A stretch of 64,000 nucleotides of DNA from Pelagibacteraceae bacterium (GCA_038124805.1 JAYPCR010000001.1:2122-66121); one strand, 5' to 3'. Positions 32,061 to 43,174 are shown, counted from the first letter of the stretch. Translations and numbers: made by a program. The notes: generated from the sequence alone by a model not told the origin.

Positions 32061-32624
32061 CTATAATCTTGACGCACTATCATTCATCCAAGAAAATAAG
32101 TGTTCTGAAAAGGACCTTCTTACTAATAAATTAACATTTTCATTATCTTTATTATGAATAATTACATCAATTTTAGCCAAAATAGTCTGGGTTACAGAAC
32201 CTTTTTTATTTTTGAATTGATTAAAGTTGAATGGTGAACCCGTTTGAAATAAGTCATAAATTTTGGGACCTTTAATATTAATCATTACAAAATGATCTGT
32301 AACATCTACTACTGCTCCTAAATTCAATTTAGATATATTTTGAATAAGTTTTTCTTCAATTGGATAAATATTTGAGTCCATTAAATTTATTTCATTTGAA
32401 AATACCATCCATTCGTCTGGACTAAGCCATAAAGCTGTTAAATCTTGACTAGTTGTTGAAGTATTTGCTTCAGTTGGAAGCAGTATATTTAGAGATTTGC
32501 CAACTGCAGATAAGAATTCTCTTTTTTTTCCCCTTAGAATCAATTTCATTATTGGCTTAATCTCACTCATCTCTATACCAGAATAAGTTTTTGTTTCTTT
32601 TAAAGTTTGATTATAATTAAGCAT
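32061..32624 (-). CDS. soxG: Sarcosine oxidase-type gamma subunit
   Basis: WLSPDEW, VDVTD, LLVRRSFSEHLFSW; last gene of soxBDAG. Confidence 0.9.
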   Translation of the reverse strand: MLNYNQTLKETKTYSGIEMSEIKPIMKLILRGKKREFLSAVGKSLNILLPTEANTSTTSQDLTALWLSPDEWMVFSNEINLMDSNIYPIEEKLIQNISKLNLGAVVDVTDHFVMINIKGPKIYDLFQTGSPFNFNQFKNKKGSVTQTILAKIDVIIHNKDNENVNLLVRRSFSEHLFSWMNDSASRL

Positions 32625-35622
32625 GTAATCTTCTATTCTCTTTATCTAAAAATACTGGGTCTGCCACAGTCACACTAATTATTTTGTTTTCCATAGGTAT
32701 AAATAATTTTTTACCCATCATATTTTTTCCACCTCTAACAACGCCAAGTGCAATTGATTTATTTAGATTTGGACTATAATAACTTGAAGTAACGTGTCCT
32801 AACATTTCAATAGGTTTCTTATTAACATCTTCTACAATTTGAGCACCTTCTTCTAAAACTATTTGTGGATCATCAGTTAATAATCCTACTAATTGTTTTC
32901 GATCTTCTCTTATTGTATCTGATCGATATAAAGAACGTTTACCTATAAAGTCATATTTCTTTTTACTAACTATCCAATCCATTTGAAGATCTATAGGAGT
33001 CATGGTTGCATCTGTATCCTGTCCAACTATTATGAAACCTTTTTCAGCTCTTAAAAGGTGCATAGTTTCAGTACCATATGGAGTAATATTAAATTCTTTA
33101 CCTGCTTCCATACATTTTTCCCAAACAGATTTTCCAAAACTTGCCTGTATATTAATTTCGTAGCTATGCTCTCCTGTAAAACTAATTCTCATAACTCTGC
33201 ACTTAATATTTCCGATTTTTGAATTTTTAAAAGACATATGTGGAAAGCTTTCATCGGAAAAATCTAAATCAGGTATAACTTTTGAAACTATTTTTTTACT
33301 GTTAGGTCCACAAACACTAATAGTTGCATAATGATCAGTTACTGAAGTTAAATAAACATCTAATTCTGGCCATTCTGTTTGTAAATAATCTTCTAATTTC
33401 CCCATTACATTAGCTGCACCACCAGTTGTTGTAGTCATAATGTAATGGTTTTCATCTAGACGAGTGGTTACACCGTCATCATAAACCATTCCATCTTCAT
33501 GAAGCATTAATCCATATCGACATTTACCGATCTCAAGTTTTGACCAAGCATTAGTGTAAACTCTATTTAAAAATTCAGAAGCATCTGTTCCTTGAATATC
33601 TATTTTACCCAGTGTTGATGCGTCAAGAATACCCGCACTTTCTCTTGCAGCTTTACTCTCTCTTTGAACTGCTTGGTGCATATTTTCTCCATTAATTGGG
33701 TAATACCAAGCTCTCTTCCATTGACCAACATTTTCAAATTCTGCATTATTTTTTACGTGCCAATCATGCATAGGTGTTCTTCTAAATATATCGAAGTATT
33801 CACCCACATTTCTTCCAACAATGGTTCCAAAAGATAGAGGAGTGTAGGGAGGTCTAAATGTAGTTGTCCCAAGTTCTCCCATTTTTACTCCAGCAGTTTC
33901 TGCAATAATTCCTAAGGCGTGCATATTCCCAAGTTTTCCTTGATCAGTCCCCATACCAGTAGTTGTATATCTTTTGACATGTTCGATAGATCTAAAACCC
34001 TCTCTTAAAGCTAATTTTATATCTTTTGCAGTAGCATCATTTTGAAAATCAACAAATGGTTTCGTTTTACCTATAACTTTATCAGAAGGTAGTAACCAAA
34101 TATTTCTTTTTGAAAGATTTTTTGAAACTTCTACTGATAGGTTTTCATAATCTGTTTTTTCCACATCTAAAAAATTCTTTATTTGCAAAGGAACAAGTTT
34201 TAAAATTTCGTCTAATTCAAACTCCCCATTACAAGAACCGATACTGATTTGTTTTGAAGGATATGTATTTGGAACAAATACATGATCTTCTTCTCTAAAT
34301 TTAAGTTTTCCACCTGATTGTGTAAATAAGTGTACTGCAGGAGTCCATCCACCAGAAACACCTAAGCAGTCACAGTCTAAATTGATTTTAGAACCAACAA
34401 CCGATTGACCATCTTTTGATAGTTGCATAATAGAAATTTTATTAATTTTCTTATAACCTTCAGTGTCTACTATTGTATAAGATTTATAAATTTTGATGCC
34501 ATGAGACTCTATTTCATCAATAATTTTAGAAGTTGCGTTTTCTCTTATATCAATAATAGCTTTTATCTGTATGCCTTTTTTAAATAAAGATAATGCAGTT
34601 TCATAAGCGCTATCATTATTAGTAAATAATACATTGCTTGTTCCACAAGCAACTCCATAAAAGTCCACATATTTTTTAATTGCAGAAGATAACAAAATAC
34701 CTGGACGATCGTTATTATTAAAGATCATAGGTCTCTCTAAAGATCCAGTTGCTGTAATAACTTTTTTAGCTCTAATTTTTAAAAGTCTTTGTCTTACTTT
34801 ATTTTTTCTATCTTCTAGAGACAAATGATCAGTTAAATTTTCTCTTGCAAGTACAAAATTATATCCATGAAATGCAGCAGCACTTGTTCTAGTTTTAACT
34901 TGTAAATTTTCTAAACTCTCTATTTCAGAAATTTCTTTTTCAAGCCAACTAGATGAAGTTTGATTATTAATTTTATGATGATCTGAATTTTGGAAAATTG
35001 TACTACCTCCTAGATTTGGTTTTTCATCTATTAATAAAGTGTCCAAACCATTTTTGGCTGCAGTTTTAGCAGCTATGATTCCTGAAATTCCTCCACCAAT
35101 TACTAATACATCGCAATGAATGTATTTATGATCGTAGATGTCTGGATCAGATTCTGTTGGTGATTTTCCTAGTCCAGCTGATTTTCTGATGAAATATTCA
35201 TATTTTTCCCAAAAACTAGCTGGCCACATAAAAGTTTTATAATAAAAACCAGCAGGTAAAAGCGGTGATAAAAAATTATTTATGCCACCAATATCAAAGT
35301 TTACACTAGGCCAACAATTTTGACTTGATGCTTCTAGACCATCATAAATCTCAACTTCAGTAGCTCTTACATTGGGCTCTGATCGAGCACTATTATTATT
35401 TAATTGGACTATTGCGTTTGGTTCTTCAGAACCTGCTGTCATTATGCCTCTAGGGCGATGATATTTAAAACTTCTTCCAACTAAATGAATACCATTTGCG
35501 ATCAAAGCTGAAGCTAAGGTATCGCCTTTATAACCATAATAATTACTGCCATTAAACTTAAAAGAAACTCGAGTAGTTTCGTCAATAAATTTACTAGTTT
35601 TAACTCTTAAACTTTTAGACAT
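32617..35622 (-). CDS. soxA: Sarcosine oxidase-type alpha subunit
   Basis: RSFKYHRPRG, GFYYKTFMWP, EHVKRYTTTGMGTDQGK, GcvT-like C-terminus. Confidence 0.93.
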   Translation of the reverse strand: MSKSLRVKTSKFIDETTRVSFKFNGSNYYGYKGDTLASALIANGIHLVGRSFKYHRPRGIMTAGSEEPNAIVQLNNNSARSEPNVRATEVEIYDGLEASSQNCWPSVNFDIGGINNFLSPLLPAGFYYKTFMWPASFWEKYEYFIRKSAGLGKSPTESDPDIYDHKYIHCDVLVIGGGISGIIAAKTAAKNGLDTLLIDEKPNLGGSTIFQNSDHHKINNQTSSSWLEKEISEIESLENLQVKTRTSAAAFHGYNFVLARENLTDHLSLEDRKNKVRQRLLKIRAKKVITATGSLERPMIFNNNDRPGILLSSAIKKYVDFYGVACGTSNVLFTNNDSAYETALSLFKKGIQIKAIIDIRENATSKIIDEIESHGIKIYKSYTIVDTEGYKKINKISIMQLSKDGQSVVGSKINLDCDCLGVSGGWTPAVHLFTQSGGKLKFREEDHVFVPNTYPSKQISIGSCNGEFELDEILKLVPLQIKNFLDVEKTDYENLSVEVSKNLSKRNIWLLPSDKVIGKTKPFVDFQNDATAKDIKLALREGFRSIEHVKRYTTTGMGTDQGKLGNMHALGIIAETAGVKMGELGTTTFRPPYTPLSFGTIVGRNVGEYFDIFRRTPMHDWHVKNNAEFENVGQWKRAWYYPINGENMHQAVQRESKAARESAGILDASTLGKIDIQGTDASEFLNRVYTNAWSKLEIGKCRYGLMLHEDGMVYDDGVTTRLDENHYIMTTTTGGAANVMGKLEDYLQTEWPELDVYLTSVTDHYATISVCGPNSKKIVSKVIPDLDFSDESFPHMSFKNSKIGNIKCRVMRISFTGEHSYEINIQASFGKSVWEKCMEAGKEFNITPYGTETMHLLRAEKGFIIVGQDTDATMTPIDLQMDWIVSKKKYDFIGKRSLYRSDTIREDRKQLVGLLTDDPQIVLEEGAQIVEDVNKKPIEMLGHVTSSYYSPNLNKSIALGVVRGGKNMMGKKLFIPMENKIISVTVADPVFLDKENRRLHA

Positions 35623-35627
35623 TTTAA

Positions 35628-35903
35628 TTAAATAGTAGGGGGTTTTTCACCCATTTTGTATACTGCTTTTATTTCATCATTAGAGGTGTCTCGAACCATG
35701 TTAAACCATTTTCTGCAACCATGAGCATGATTCCATCTTTCATATTGAATTCCTTTAATATTTTTTCTCATAAATAAATATTCAGCCCATTCATCATCAC
35801 TTAGTTCAGTTGGTTGTTTAGGTCTTACAATATGGGCTTCACCACCAGCTTTAAATTCGCTTTGTTCTCTTTCACCACAGTATGGACAGTTAATTACAAA
35901 CAT
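35628..35903 (-). CDS. soxD: Sarcosine oxidase-type delta subunit
   Basis: CPYCGER.E.EF, W.H..GCRKWF zinc motif. Confidence 0.93.
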   Translation of the reverse strand: MFVINCPYCGEREQSEFKAGGEAHIVRPKQPTELSDDEWAEYLFMRKNIKGIQYERWNHAHGCRKWFNMVRDTSNDEIKAVYKMGEKPPTI

Positions 35904-37156
35904 TAATGTGCTACAGCTGCAGCACCATGTTCATCTACAAGGTCACCACTTACAAATCGATTAATATTAAAAGCCGCATTAAGTTTATGAGGTTCATCAT
36001 TAGCTATAGTGTGAGCAAATAGATCCCCTGATCCTGGAGTTGCTTTAAATCCTCCAGTTCCCCAGCCACAATTAAAATATAATCCTTTAATCGAAGTTTT
36101 GCTAATTATCGGACTAGCATCTGGACAAATATCTACTATACCTCCCCACTGGCGAAGCATCTTCATACGACTAAAAATTGGATACAACTCTAATATTGCA
36201 TTAAGTGTTCCCTCAACTATATCATGGCTACCTTTTTGGGTATACGATACATAATCATCTGTTCCTGCACCAATAACCAATTCACCTTTATCTGATTGAC
36301 TGATGTAAGCATGAACAGCATTTGACATTACTACAGTATCTATAATTGGTTTTACAGGCTCAGATACTAAGGCTTGAAGTGGTTTACTTTCTAATGGTAA
36401 ACGAATACCAGCCATGTTTGCTATAACACTTGAGTGTCCTGCAGCGACTACACCAATTTTTTTTGTTTTAATAAAACCTTTTGTAGTCTCAATTCCTTCA
36501 ACAGCATCACCATTTCTTTTAATTCCTTTTACTTCACAGTTTTGAATTATATCTACTCCCATTGCATCAGCTCCACGAGCATAACCCCAAGCAACTGCAT
36601 CATGACGCGCTGTTCCAGCTCTTCTTTGTAGAGTTCCTCCTAAAACTGGATATCTAATGTTTGGTGAAGTATTTATAATAGGACAAAATTTTTTTACTTC
36701 TTCGGTGCTCAAGTAAACTGCATCAATACCATTTAATCTATTTGCATGGGTTCTTCTTTTTAAATCTCTAACATCTTGTAAATTATGCGCAAGATTCATA
36801 ACACCTCTTTGACTAAACATTACATTGTAATTTAGCTCTTGAGATAATCCTTCCCATATTTTTAATGCATGATCATAAAGACCTGCGCTCGCATCCCATA
36901 AATAATTTGATCTAATAATGGTAGTGTTTCTTCCAGTATTACCACCACCAATCCAGCCTTTTTCAACAACGGCAATATTAGTCATGCCATGTTTTTTTGC
37001 TAAATAATAAGCAGTTGCAAGCCCATGACCGCCTCCACCAACTATCACTGCGTCATATTCTTTTTTTGGAGATGGATCTTTCCATGCTTTCTCCCAATTT
37101 TCATGATAAGAAAATGCATTTTTAATAAGAGAAAAAATAGAGTATTTATTTTTCAT
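35903..37156 (-). CDS. soxB: Sarcosine oxidase-type beta subunit (start taken at ATG 37156)
   Basis: [57 protein letters not shown]. Confidence 0.93.
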   Translation of the reverse strand: MKNKYSIFSLIKNAFSYHENWEKAWKDPSPKKEYDAVIVGGGGHGLATAYYLAKKHGMTNIAVVEKGWIGGGNTGRNTTIIRSNYLWDASAGLYDHALKIWEGLSQELNYNVMFSQRGVMNLAHNLQDVRDLKRRTHANRLNGIDAVYLSTEEVKKFCPIINTSPNIRYPVLGGTLQRRAGTARHDAVAWGYARGADAMGVDIIQNCEVKGIKRNGDAVEGIETTKGFIKTKKIGVVAAGHSSVIANMAGIRLPLESKPLQALVSEPVKPIIDTVVMSNAVHAYISQSDKGELVIGAGTDDYVSYTQKGSHDIVEGTLNAILELYPIFSRMKMLRQWGGIVDICPDASPIISKTSIKGLYFNCGWGTGGFKATPGSGDLFAHTIANDEPHKLNAAFNINRFVSGDLVDEHGAAAVAH

Positions 37157-37220
37157 AAATTTCTGAATAATTACTTTATTAATATTCAATATTCAATACA
37201 ATCGATAGTAATAAAATTGT

Positions 37221-37312
37221 GGAAGAGTGGGTGAGAGGCTGAAACCAGTCGTTTGCTAAATGACCGTGCGAGGAAACTTGTACCGAGGGTTCGAATCCCT
37301 CCTCTTCCGCCA
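37221..37312 (+). tRNA. tRNA-Ser(GCT)
   Basis: Acceptor stem GGAAGAG/CTCTTCC, anticodon arm GTCGT-TTGCTAA-ATGAC, long variable arm, GGTTCGAATCC T-arm, encoded CCA. Confidence 0.97.
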
Positions 37313-37315
37313 CTC

Positions 37316-39532
37316 TTAATAAAGAGGGTTATCTTTAAAAAAGTTCTTCATAGGTATTGGTTTTTTCTCAAGTATATACCGATAAACATTGTAATTTTCT
37401 AAAACCCTTTGGACATAATTTCTAGTTTCTCTAAATTTTATTAACTCAATCCAATCTACATAATTGATTTGTTTTTTTTGAGGATCTTTATTTATCTTTT
37501 TCCAATATTTAACTCTATTAGGACCAGCGTTATAAGCGGCTACAGCAAAGGGATAAGCACCATCATAATCCAAAATTAATCCCGCAATATAATGTGAGCC
37601 TAGGTTTATATTATATTCTGGATCAGTAGTTAATCTTGATTTTGAATAAGGTAATTTTGCCTGCTTTGAAACTAATTTTGCAGTGTAAGGCATTAATTGC
37701 ATTAATCCTTTTGCACCTGCATGACTATTTGCTGACATATCAAACTCACTCTCTTGTCTGATAATTGATAATATAAAAGCACTTTCAGGAATTTTTCTGC
37801 CATTGATAATTTTTGGTGTACTAATTAATGGATAATTATATTTATTATGAAATCGTTTTTCGTAAGATGCTATTTTTGATATTTGAATTGCAAAATCAAA
37901 TCTTCCTATGTTTGTTGCAAGTTCTGCAGCTAAAATTTCACTGCCAGCAATAACATTATCATTTGCAATATGTCTTAATATATCTTTTGTATATTTATCT
38001 TTATCAAGCTCATCTAATAAATAAACAATCTTTACAAGTTCTTTATCATAAAAATTAATTTTATATTTTATGTCGACTTCCATATCTTTTTCTAATTCAA
38101 AATTATCTTTTGGATTTAATTCCATAAAAGCTAATTGACCATAATAGGTAGTTAAGTATTTGACAGCTTCCTCAAACCATTTATTCGATTGCTCTTTATC
38201 TTTAAGACTTTTAAATGACTTTCCTAACCAATAAGCACCTCTTGCTGTGCTAATAGGGTAACTTACATTGTTATAAAAATTTAGAAAATGATCTTTAGCA
38301 AGCAAAGGATCTTTCAAAAAACTAAGAGCAATCCAACCACTCATCCATTCAGCTTCTGCAAACTCAGGTCCTTCAGTTAAACCATGATTGCTTGAGATTT
38401 TATAAGCTAATTCAAATTTTTTATCATAAATTAGAGATCTAGATATTATTTCTCTTTCTTCCCACCATAAATCTGGTCTAACCAAATAGTCTTTAGTATT
38501 TTTAATTTTTAATAAAATTTCTAGTGATCCATCAATTCTTCCTCTTTTTCTTCTCCATTTTAATCGGTCGTAATTTAGTCCCGCATCATTGATAAATTTA
38601 TCAGGCACATTGTTTATTGCTTGATCAACACCATAAGATTTACTCATCAATATTTGTCTAGCATTATAAAGTAATTCATAATCTTTAGGTAAGTAGGGCA
38701 ACATTCTTTTTAGATCCCAATATTTATTGTTCCAAGCTAAATAGTCTGATCTATTTATGTAATCATTTTCATTAAGATATTTTTTGAATTTAGTTCTAAA
38801 AAATTTAAGTTCATTTTTACTTAAATCAGCTTCTATCCATCCTTGTTTTATTAGTTTTATACCTAGTTCTGTATTACCAATTAACAGATTACTTTCTCCT
38901 AATATCATCTTTCCAAATCCACTTAACGGTTCATTATCACCAAACCAATTAATTATTTTTTTTGGAGAAATTTCTTTTGTATCTAATTTGTGCTCAGCCA
39001 AATATTTAATTCTATCTATTCTTGGATAGTCTTTGTTTTTTTCAATAAAAGAAAAATAATCAAAAAATGTAGCCTGATTTCCAGTTGTTAATAAATATCG
39101 CCATTTAATAAAATTATTTATTGATTTATCTTTAGCTCTCTTCGAAGTACTTAATGCTTTTGTCCATTGGCCTTTTTCCATTTCAGAAATTGCTTTTTTT
39201 GCAATATTAAAGTCTTTTTTGTTGTAATATTTTGAAATTTCTATTCTTTCTGAGCTAGTTTTTCCTATGATTATTGGTTTTTTCTTAGGAATAATAAAAG
39301 TTATTTTAGCTTCGCTAGGTTCTATTTTAACTTCTTCAATTTCTGGTTCATTTTTTTCTTTTGGTTTTTCTAAGGGTCTTAAAATATTGATTGATAGTTT
39401 TTTCTCAATTTCTTCATCTGTTAAATTAGGTTTTTTAAGAGGCAGTATCTTTAAGTCATCAGAATTGGCAGTAAATAAATTGGTAGAAATTATTGAAATT
39501 AATACAACAAAATACAATAATTTTTTGACCAT
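37316..39532 (-). CDS. slt: Soluble lytic murein transglycosylase (Slt70-like)
   Basis: Signal peptide, superhelical region, IIRQESEF, GLMQLMP, AYNAGP, ETRNYV. Confidence 0.92.
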   Translation of the reverse strand: MVKKLLYFVVLISIISTNLFTANSDDLKILPLKKPNLTDEEIEKKLSINILRPLEKPKEKNEPEIEEVKIEPSEAKITFIIPKKKPIIIGKTSSERIEISKYYNKKDFNIAKKAISEMEKGQWTKALSTSKRAKDKSINNFIKWRYLLTTGNQATFFDYFSFIEKNKDYPRIDRIKYLAEHKLDTKEISPKKIINWFGDNEPLSGFGKMILGESNLLIGNTELGIKLIKQGWIEADLSKNELKFFRTKFKKYLNENDYINRSDYLAWNNKYWDLKRMLPYLPKDYELLYNARQILMSKSYGVDQAINNVPDKFINDAGLNYDRLKWRRKRGRIDGSLEILLKIKNTKDYLVRPDLWWEEREIISRSLIYDKKFELAYKISSNHGLTEGPEFAEAEWMSGWIALSFLKDPLLAKDHFLNFYNNVSYPISTARGAYWLGKSFKSLKDKEQSNKWFEEAVKYLTTYYGQLAFMELNPKDNFELEKDMEVDIKYKINFYDKELVKIVYLLDELDKDKYTKDILRHIANDNVIAGSEILAAELATNIGRFDFAIQISKIASYEKRFHNKYNYPLISTPKIINGRKIPESAFILSIIRQESEFDMSANSHAGAKGLMQLMPYTAKLVSKQAKLPYSKSRLTTDPEYNINLGSHYIAGLILDYDGAYPFAVAAYNAGPNRVKYWKKINKDPQKKQINYVDWIELIKFRETRNYVQRVLENYNVYRYILEKKPIPMKNFFKDNPLY

Positions 39533-39575
39533 AATCTTTTACTATATGAATCTACAATGTATGTTATAAGTATTT

Positions 39576-40457
39576 ATGTTCAAAGGATCAAATGTTGCTT
39601 TAATTACGCCTTTCAAAAACGATAGGCTAGATGAAGAAAGTTATATAAAATTAATCCATTTTCAAATAGATAATGGGACATCAGGATTGGTGCCTGCTGG
39701 TACAACAGGTGAATCTCCAACATTAAGCCACGAGGAACATCAGAAGGTTATTGATTTATGTATTAAAGAAAGTAACGGTAAAATTCCTGTGATTGCCGGA
39801 ACAGGCTCTAATTCTACAGCAGAGGCAATATCTTTAACTAAACATGCTGAAAAAGCAGGTGCAGATGGGGCTCTAATAGTAACGCCTTATTATAATAAAC
39901 CTACACAAGAAGGTCTTTACCAACATTATAAATCAATTAATGATCAGTGTGGCATACCTATTATAATTTATAATATACCAGGAAGATCAGTAATAGATAT
40001 GTCTGTAGATACAATGGCAAGATTGTATGAATTAAAAAATATTGTTGGTGTAAAAGATGCTACTGGAAATCTAGATAGAGTTAATCAACAGTTGGAAAAA
40101 ATGGGAAAAGATTTTATACAACTTACTGGTAACGATGATAACGCTCTAGAATTTAATAAAAGAGGAGGTGTAGGAGCGATTAGTGTAACTGCAAATGTAG
40201 CACCAAAACTTTGTTCTGAATTTCAAAAATTTTCTAAATTAGATGATGAAAGCTCTTTAAAAGAAGCTAAAAAATTAGATGAGAAGTTACAACCATTACA
40301 TCATTCATTATTTGTTGAAAGCAACCCTAGTCCAGTAAAATATGCTGCAAAATTATTAGGTTTGTGTGAGGATGATGTTCGATTACCTCTGGTTAAAATA
40401 ACAGATAGTACAAAAGAAATTGTAAAAAAAGCTCTCCATTCAGCTAATTTAATTTAA
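39576..40457 (+). CDS. dapA: 4-hydroxy-tetrahydrodipicolinate synthase
   Basis: [31 protein letters not shown]. Confidence 0.98.
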   Translation: MFKGSNVALITPFKNDRLDEESYIKLIHFQIDNGTSGLVPAGTTGESPTLSHEEHQKVIDLCIKESNGKIPVIAGTGSNSTAEAISLTKHAEKAGADGALIVTPYYNKPTQEGLYQHYKSINDQCGIPIIIYNIPGRSVIDMSVDTMARLYELKNIVGVKDATGNLDRVNQQLEKMGKDFIQLTGNDDNALEFNKRGGVGAISVTANVAPKLCSEFQKFSKLDDESSLKEAKKLDEKLQPLHHSLFVESNPSPVKYAAKLLGLCEDDVRLPLVKITDSTKEIVKKALHSANLI

Positions 40458-40927
40458 TGAACAAAAAAACCAGTTCTGGTTTAAAGATTATTTGCTTAAA
40501 CAGAAAAGCTAGTTTTAACTATTTTTTCGAAGACCTTCTAGAAGCTGGGATAGTATTAAAAGGCTCTGAAATAAAATCTATCAGAGATGGTAAAGTTAAT
40601 ATTGCAGATTCTTATGCTGTTGAAAAAAATGGTGAGTTAGTTTTAATTAATGCACATATTGCAGCATACAAACAAGCTAGTTACTCAAATCATTTACCGA
40701 CGGGCGAGAGAAAACTTTTATTAAATAAAAAAGAGATCAATAAATTGATTGGTAAGATGCAAAGAGATGGATTTACCTTAGTGCCTACTAAAATGTATTT
40801 TAAAAAAGGTAAAGCTAAAATTGAATTGGCAGTGGCAAAGGGTAAAAAAAAGTTTGATAAAAGAGAAACAAAAAAGAATAGAGATTGGAGTCGTGACAAA
40901 GCAAGGTATATCAGAAAATCAAGTTAA
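40457..40927 (+). CDS. smpB: SsrA-binding protein
   Basis: [32 protein letters not shown]. Confidence 0.98.
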   Translation: MNKKTSSGLKIICLNRKASFNYFFEDLLEAGIVLKGSEIKSIRDGKVNIADSYAVEKNGELVLINAHIAAYKQASYSNHLPTGERKLLLNKKEINKLIGKMQRDGFTLVPTKMYFKKGKAKIELAVAKGKKKFDKRETKKNRDWSRDKARYIRKSS

Positions 40928-41405
40928 CACAGCTTATTTAGGAATTGGATCTAATTTAGGTAATAAGTTTTTAAACATAGAAAAAGCAAAGTCTTTTCTT
41001 TATGAAAATGATATTCAAATTATTAAATCATCTAGTTATTATGAAACACCATCATGGCCAAATCCAAGTTTTCCAAAATTTATAAATATAATTATTAAAA
41101 TCAAAACTACATTAGATTATTTAGATTTATTTAATGTTTGTAAAGAAGTTGAAAAAATATTAGGTAGAAAAAAATCAATAAAAAATTCACCTCGTACATG
41201 TGATATTGATTTAATAGATTTTAATAAAAAAATTATAAATAAAGAAATTCAAATTCCTCATAAATTAATGCATAAAAGAAATTTTGTTTTATTTCCTTTA
41301 TTCGAAATTGATAAAGCTTGGAAGCATCCTGTTCTTAAGAAAAATATTAAAAAACTAATTTTTTCCTTACCAATTAAAGATATTAGATCTATTAAACAAA
41401 TTTGA
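40893..41405 (+). CDS. folK: 2-amino-4-hydroxy-6-hydroxymethyldihydropteridine diphosphokinase (start uncertain; GTG 40893 inside smpB)
   Basis: [33 protein letters not shown]. Confidence 0.93.
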   Translation: MTKQGISENQVNTAYLGIGSNLGNKFLNIEKAKSFLYENDIQIIKSSSYYETPSWPNPSFPKFINIIIKIKTTLDYLDLFNVCKEVEKILGRKKSIKNSPRTCDIDLIDFNKKIINKEIQIPHKLMHKRNFVLFPLFEIDKAWKHPVLKKNIKKLIFSLPIKDIRSIKQI

Positions 41406-41410
41406 ATTAA

Positions 41411-41419
41411 TGTTATAAT
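41411..41419 (+). promoter_or_regulatory. Putative extended -10 promoter of rel/spoT
   Basis: TGtTATAAT at 41411-41419, 9 nt before ATG. Confidence 0.55.
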
Positions 41420-41428
41420 ATTCAAGAT

Positions 41429-43174
41429 ATGCTTAATTCAGATGATCTAATTAATAAGGTTAAAGTTTATAATAAATTTTTAAATCACGAAAAATTACTA
41501 AAAGCATATGATTTTGCAGTTAAAGCTCATAGCAACCAAAAAAGAGCAAGTGGTGATCCTTATTCTGTTCATCCAATAGAAGTAGCTAATATTTTAACAG
41601 ATCTCAAATTAGACTCAGCGACAATAACAACGGGATTACTTCACGATACAATTGAGGATACTCATGCAACTTATGAGACAATTAAAGGTGAATTTGGTGA
41701 AGAGGTGGCTGATTTAGTTGATGGCGTTACTAAAATTTCTGTTTTTGAAAATACAGCTCTTACTAATTCAAAAGCAGAAAACTTTAGAAAATTAATTTTA
41801 GCAACATCTAAAGATATTAGAGTTTTACTGGTTAAATTAGCAGATCGACTTCACAATATGAGAACTATCAACGGAATAGCAAAAGAAGAAAAAAGAAAAA
41901 GAATTGCACAAGAAACAATGGAAATTTATGCACCATTAGCTGATAGAATGGGAATGCATCGAATAAGAGATGAACTTGAGGATTTATCTTTTGCGGTTTT
42001 AAATAACGAAGCAAGAGAACTCATTAATAGAAGATTAGATGAAATCAAAGAAAATAAAAAAGATTTATTTGAGAGTTTATCTTTTGAGTTAAGCGAAATT
42101 TTAAGCAATAATAATATTAATGCAGAAATATATGGAAGAGAGAAAACTCCTTTTTCAATTTGGAGAAAATTACAAAAAAAAAGAGTTTCATTAGAGCAAA
42201 TTACTGACATTATAGGATTCAGAATTATTCTTAACAATATAGACGAATGTTATAAGACCTTAGGCATCTTTCATAAAAAATGGAACTGTATTCCTGGAAA
42301 GTTTAAAGATTATATCTCTTCGCCTAAAATTAATGGATATAAATCTATTCATACCTCTGTGATTGGGTCTAATAAAAAACCAATTGAAATTCAAATCAGA
42401 ACTGGAGAAATGCATGATTTTGCAGAAAGGGGCATTGCCTCTCATTGGCAATATAAATCTTCAGAAAAATTTAATTCTTTAAGCTGGAAAGAATACGATT
42501 GGTTAAAAGATTTAGTAGAAATTATTGAAAAAAATGAAAATCCAGAACACTCTTATGAGTATACCAAGCTTCAAATGTTTCAAGAAAATGTATTTTGTTT
42601 TACACCTAAGGGATCAGTTATCAAATTACCTAAAAATGCTACACCAATTGATTTTGCATATGCGGTACATACAAAAATAGGCAACACAGCAATTGGTTGT
42701 GAAATCAATGGTAACAAAAGTGAACTTCAATCAATTCTTAGAAATGGTGACACAATAAATATTATAACATCAAAAAATCAATCTCCATCACTTCACTGGA
42801 TTCCAATAACAAAGACCGGAAAAGCAAGAGCTGCAATTAGAAGATATTGGCATGACCGAGGTGAGTTAAAAGAAGAAAGAATTAAAAAATATAACACAAC
42901 ATTATGGATTTCTTTACCAGATATCCCTGGTCAATTAGGTAATGTTACTACTTTACTTGGAAATCATGCTTTAAACATATCTAACGTTGAAATGGCAGGT
43001 AAAGGAAAAGATTATATTAATTTTAAATTTCAATTAATCATTAGAAACTTGAAAAATTTCACAAATTTTATTGCAGAGTTGAAGCAAAAGGGTATAAAAT
43101 TTAAGATAATTAGACACGAAGATAAACGTAATGCTTTCACTCAAAAAATCTTTAAATATTTTAAAAAAAACTAA
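41429..43174 (+). CDS. spoT: Bifunctional (p)ppGpp synthetase/hydrolase, shortened RSH
   Basis: LLHDTIED HD domain, KLADRLHNMRT, KDYI, EIQIRT, TGS (DFAYAVHT), C-terminal ACT. Confidence 0.95.
   Translation: MLNSDDLINKVKVYNKFLNHEKLLKAYDFAVKAHSNQKRASGDPYSVHPIEVANILTDLKLDSATITTGLLHDTIEDTHATYETIKGEFGEEVADLVDGVTKISVFENTALTNSKAENFRKLILATSKDIRVLLVKLADRLHNMRTINGIAKEEKRKRIAQETMEIYAPLADRMGMHRIRDELEDLSFAVLNNEARELINRRLDEIKENKKDLFESLSFELSEILSNNNINAEIYGREKTPFSIWRKLQKKRVSLEQITDIIGFRIILNNIDECYKTLGIFHKKWNCIPGKFKDYISSPKINGYKSIHTSVIGSNKKPIEIQIRTGEMHDFAERGIASHWQYKSSEKFNSLSWKEYDWLKDLVEIIEKNENPEHSYEYTKLQMFQENVFCFTPKGSVIKLPKNATPIDFAYAVHTKIGNTAIGCEINGNKSELQSILRNGDTINIITSKNQSPSLHWIPITKTGKARAAIRRYWHDRGELKEERIKKYNTTLWISLPDIPGQLGNVTTLLGNHALNISNVEMAGKGKDYINFKFQLIIRNLKNFTNFIAELKQKGIKFKIIRHEDKRNAFTQKIFKYFKKN

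Noticed and set aside
37157-37220. Possible glycine or other riboswitch upstream of soxB
   Set aside because: Only 64 AT-rich nt shared with the tRNA promoter; no aptamer-like sequence
37221-37316. tRNA-Ser as a possible integration site or island boundary
   Set aside because: No integrase and no duplicated tRNA 3' end seen; slt ends 3 nt away
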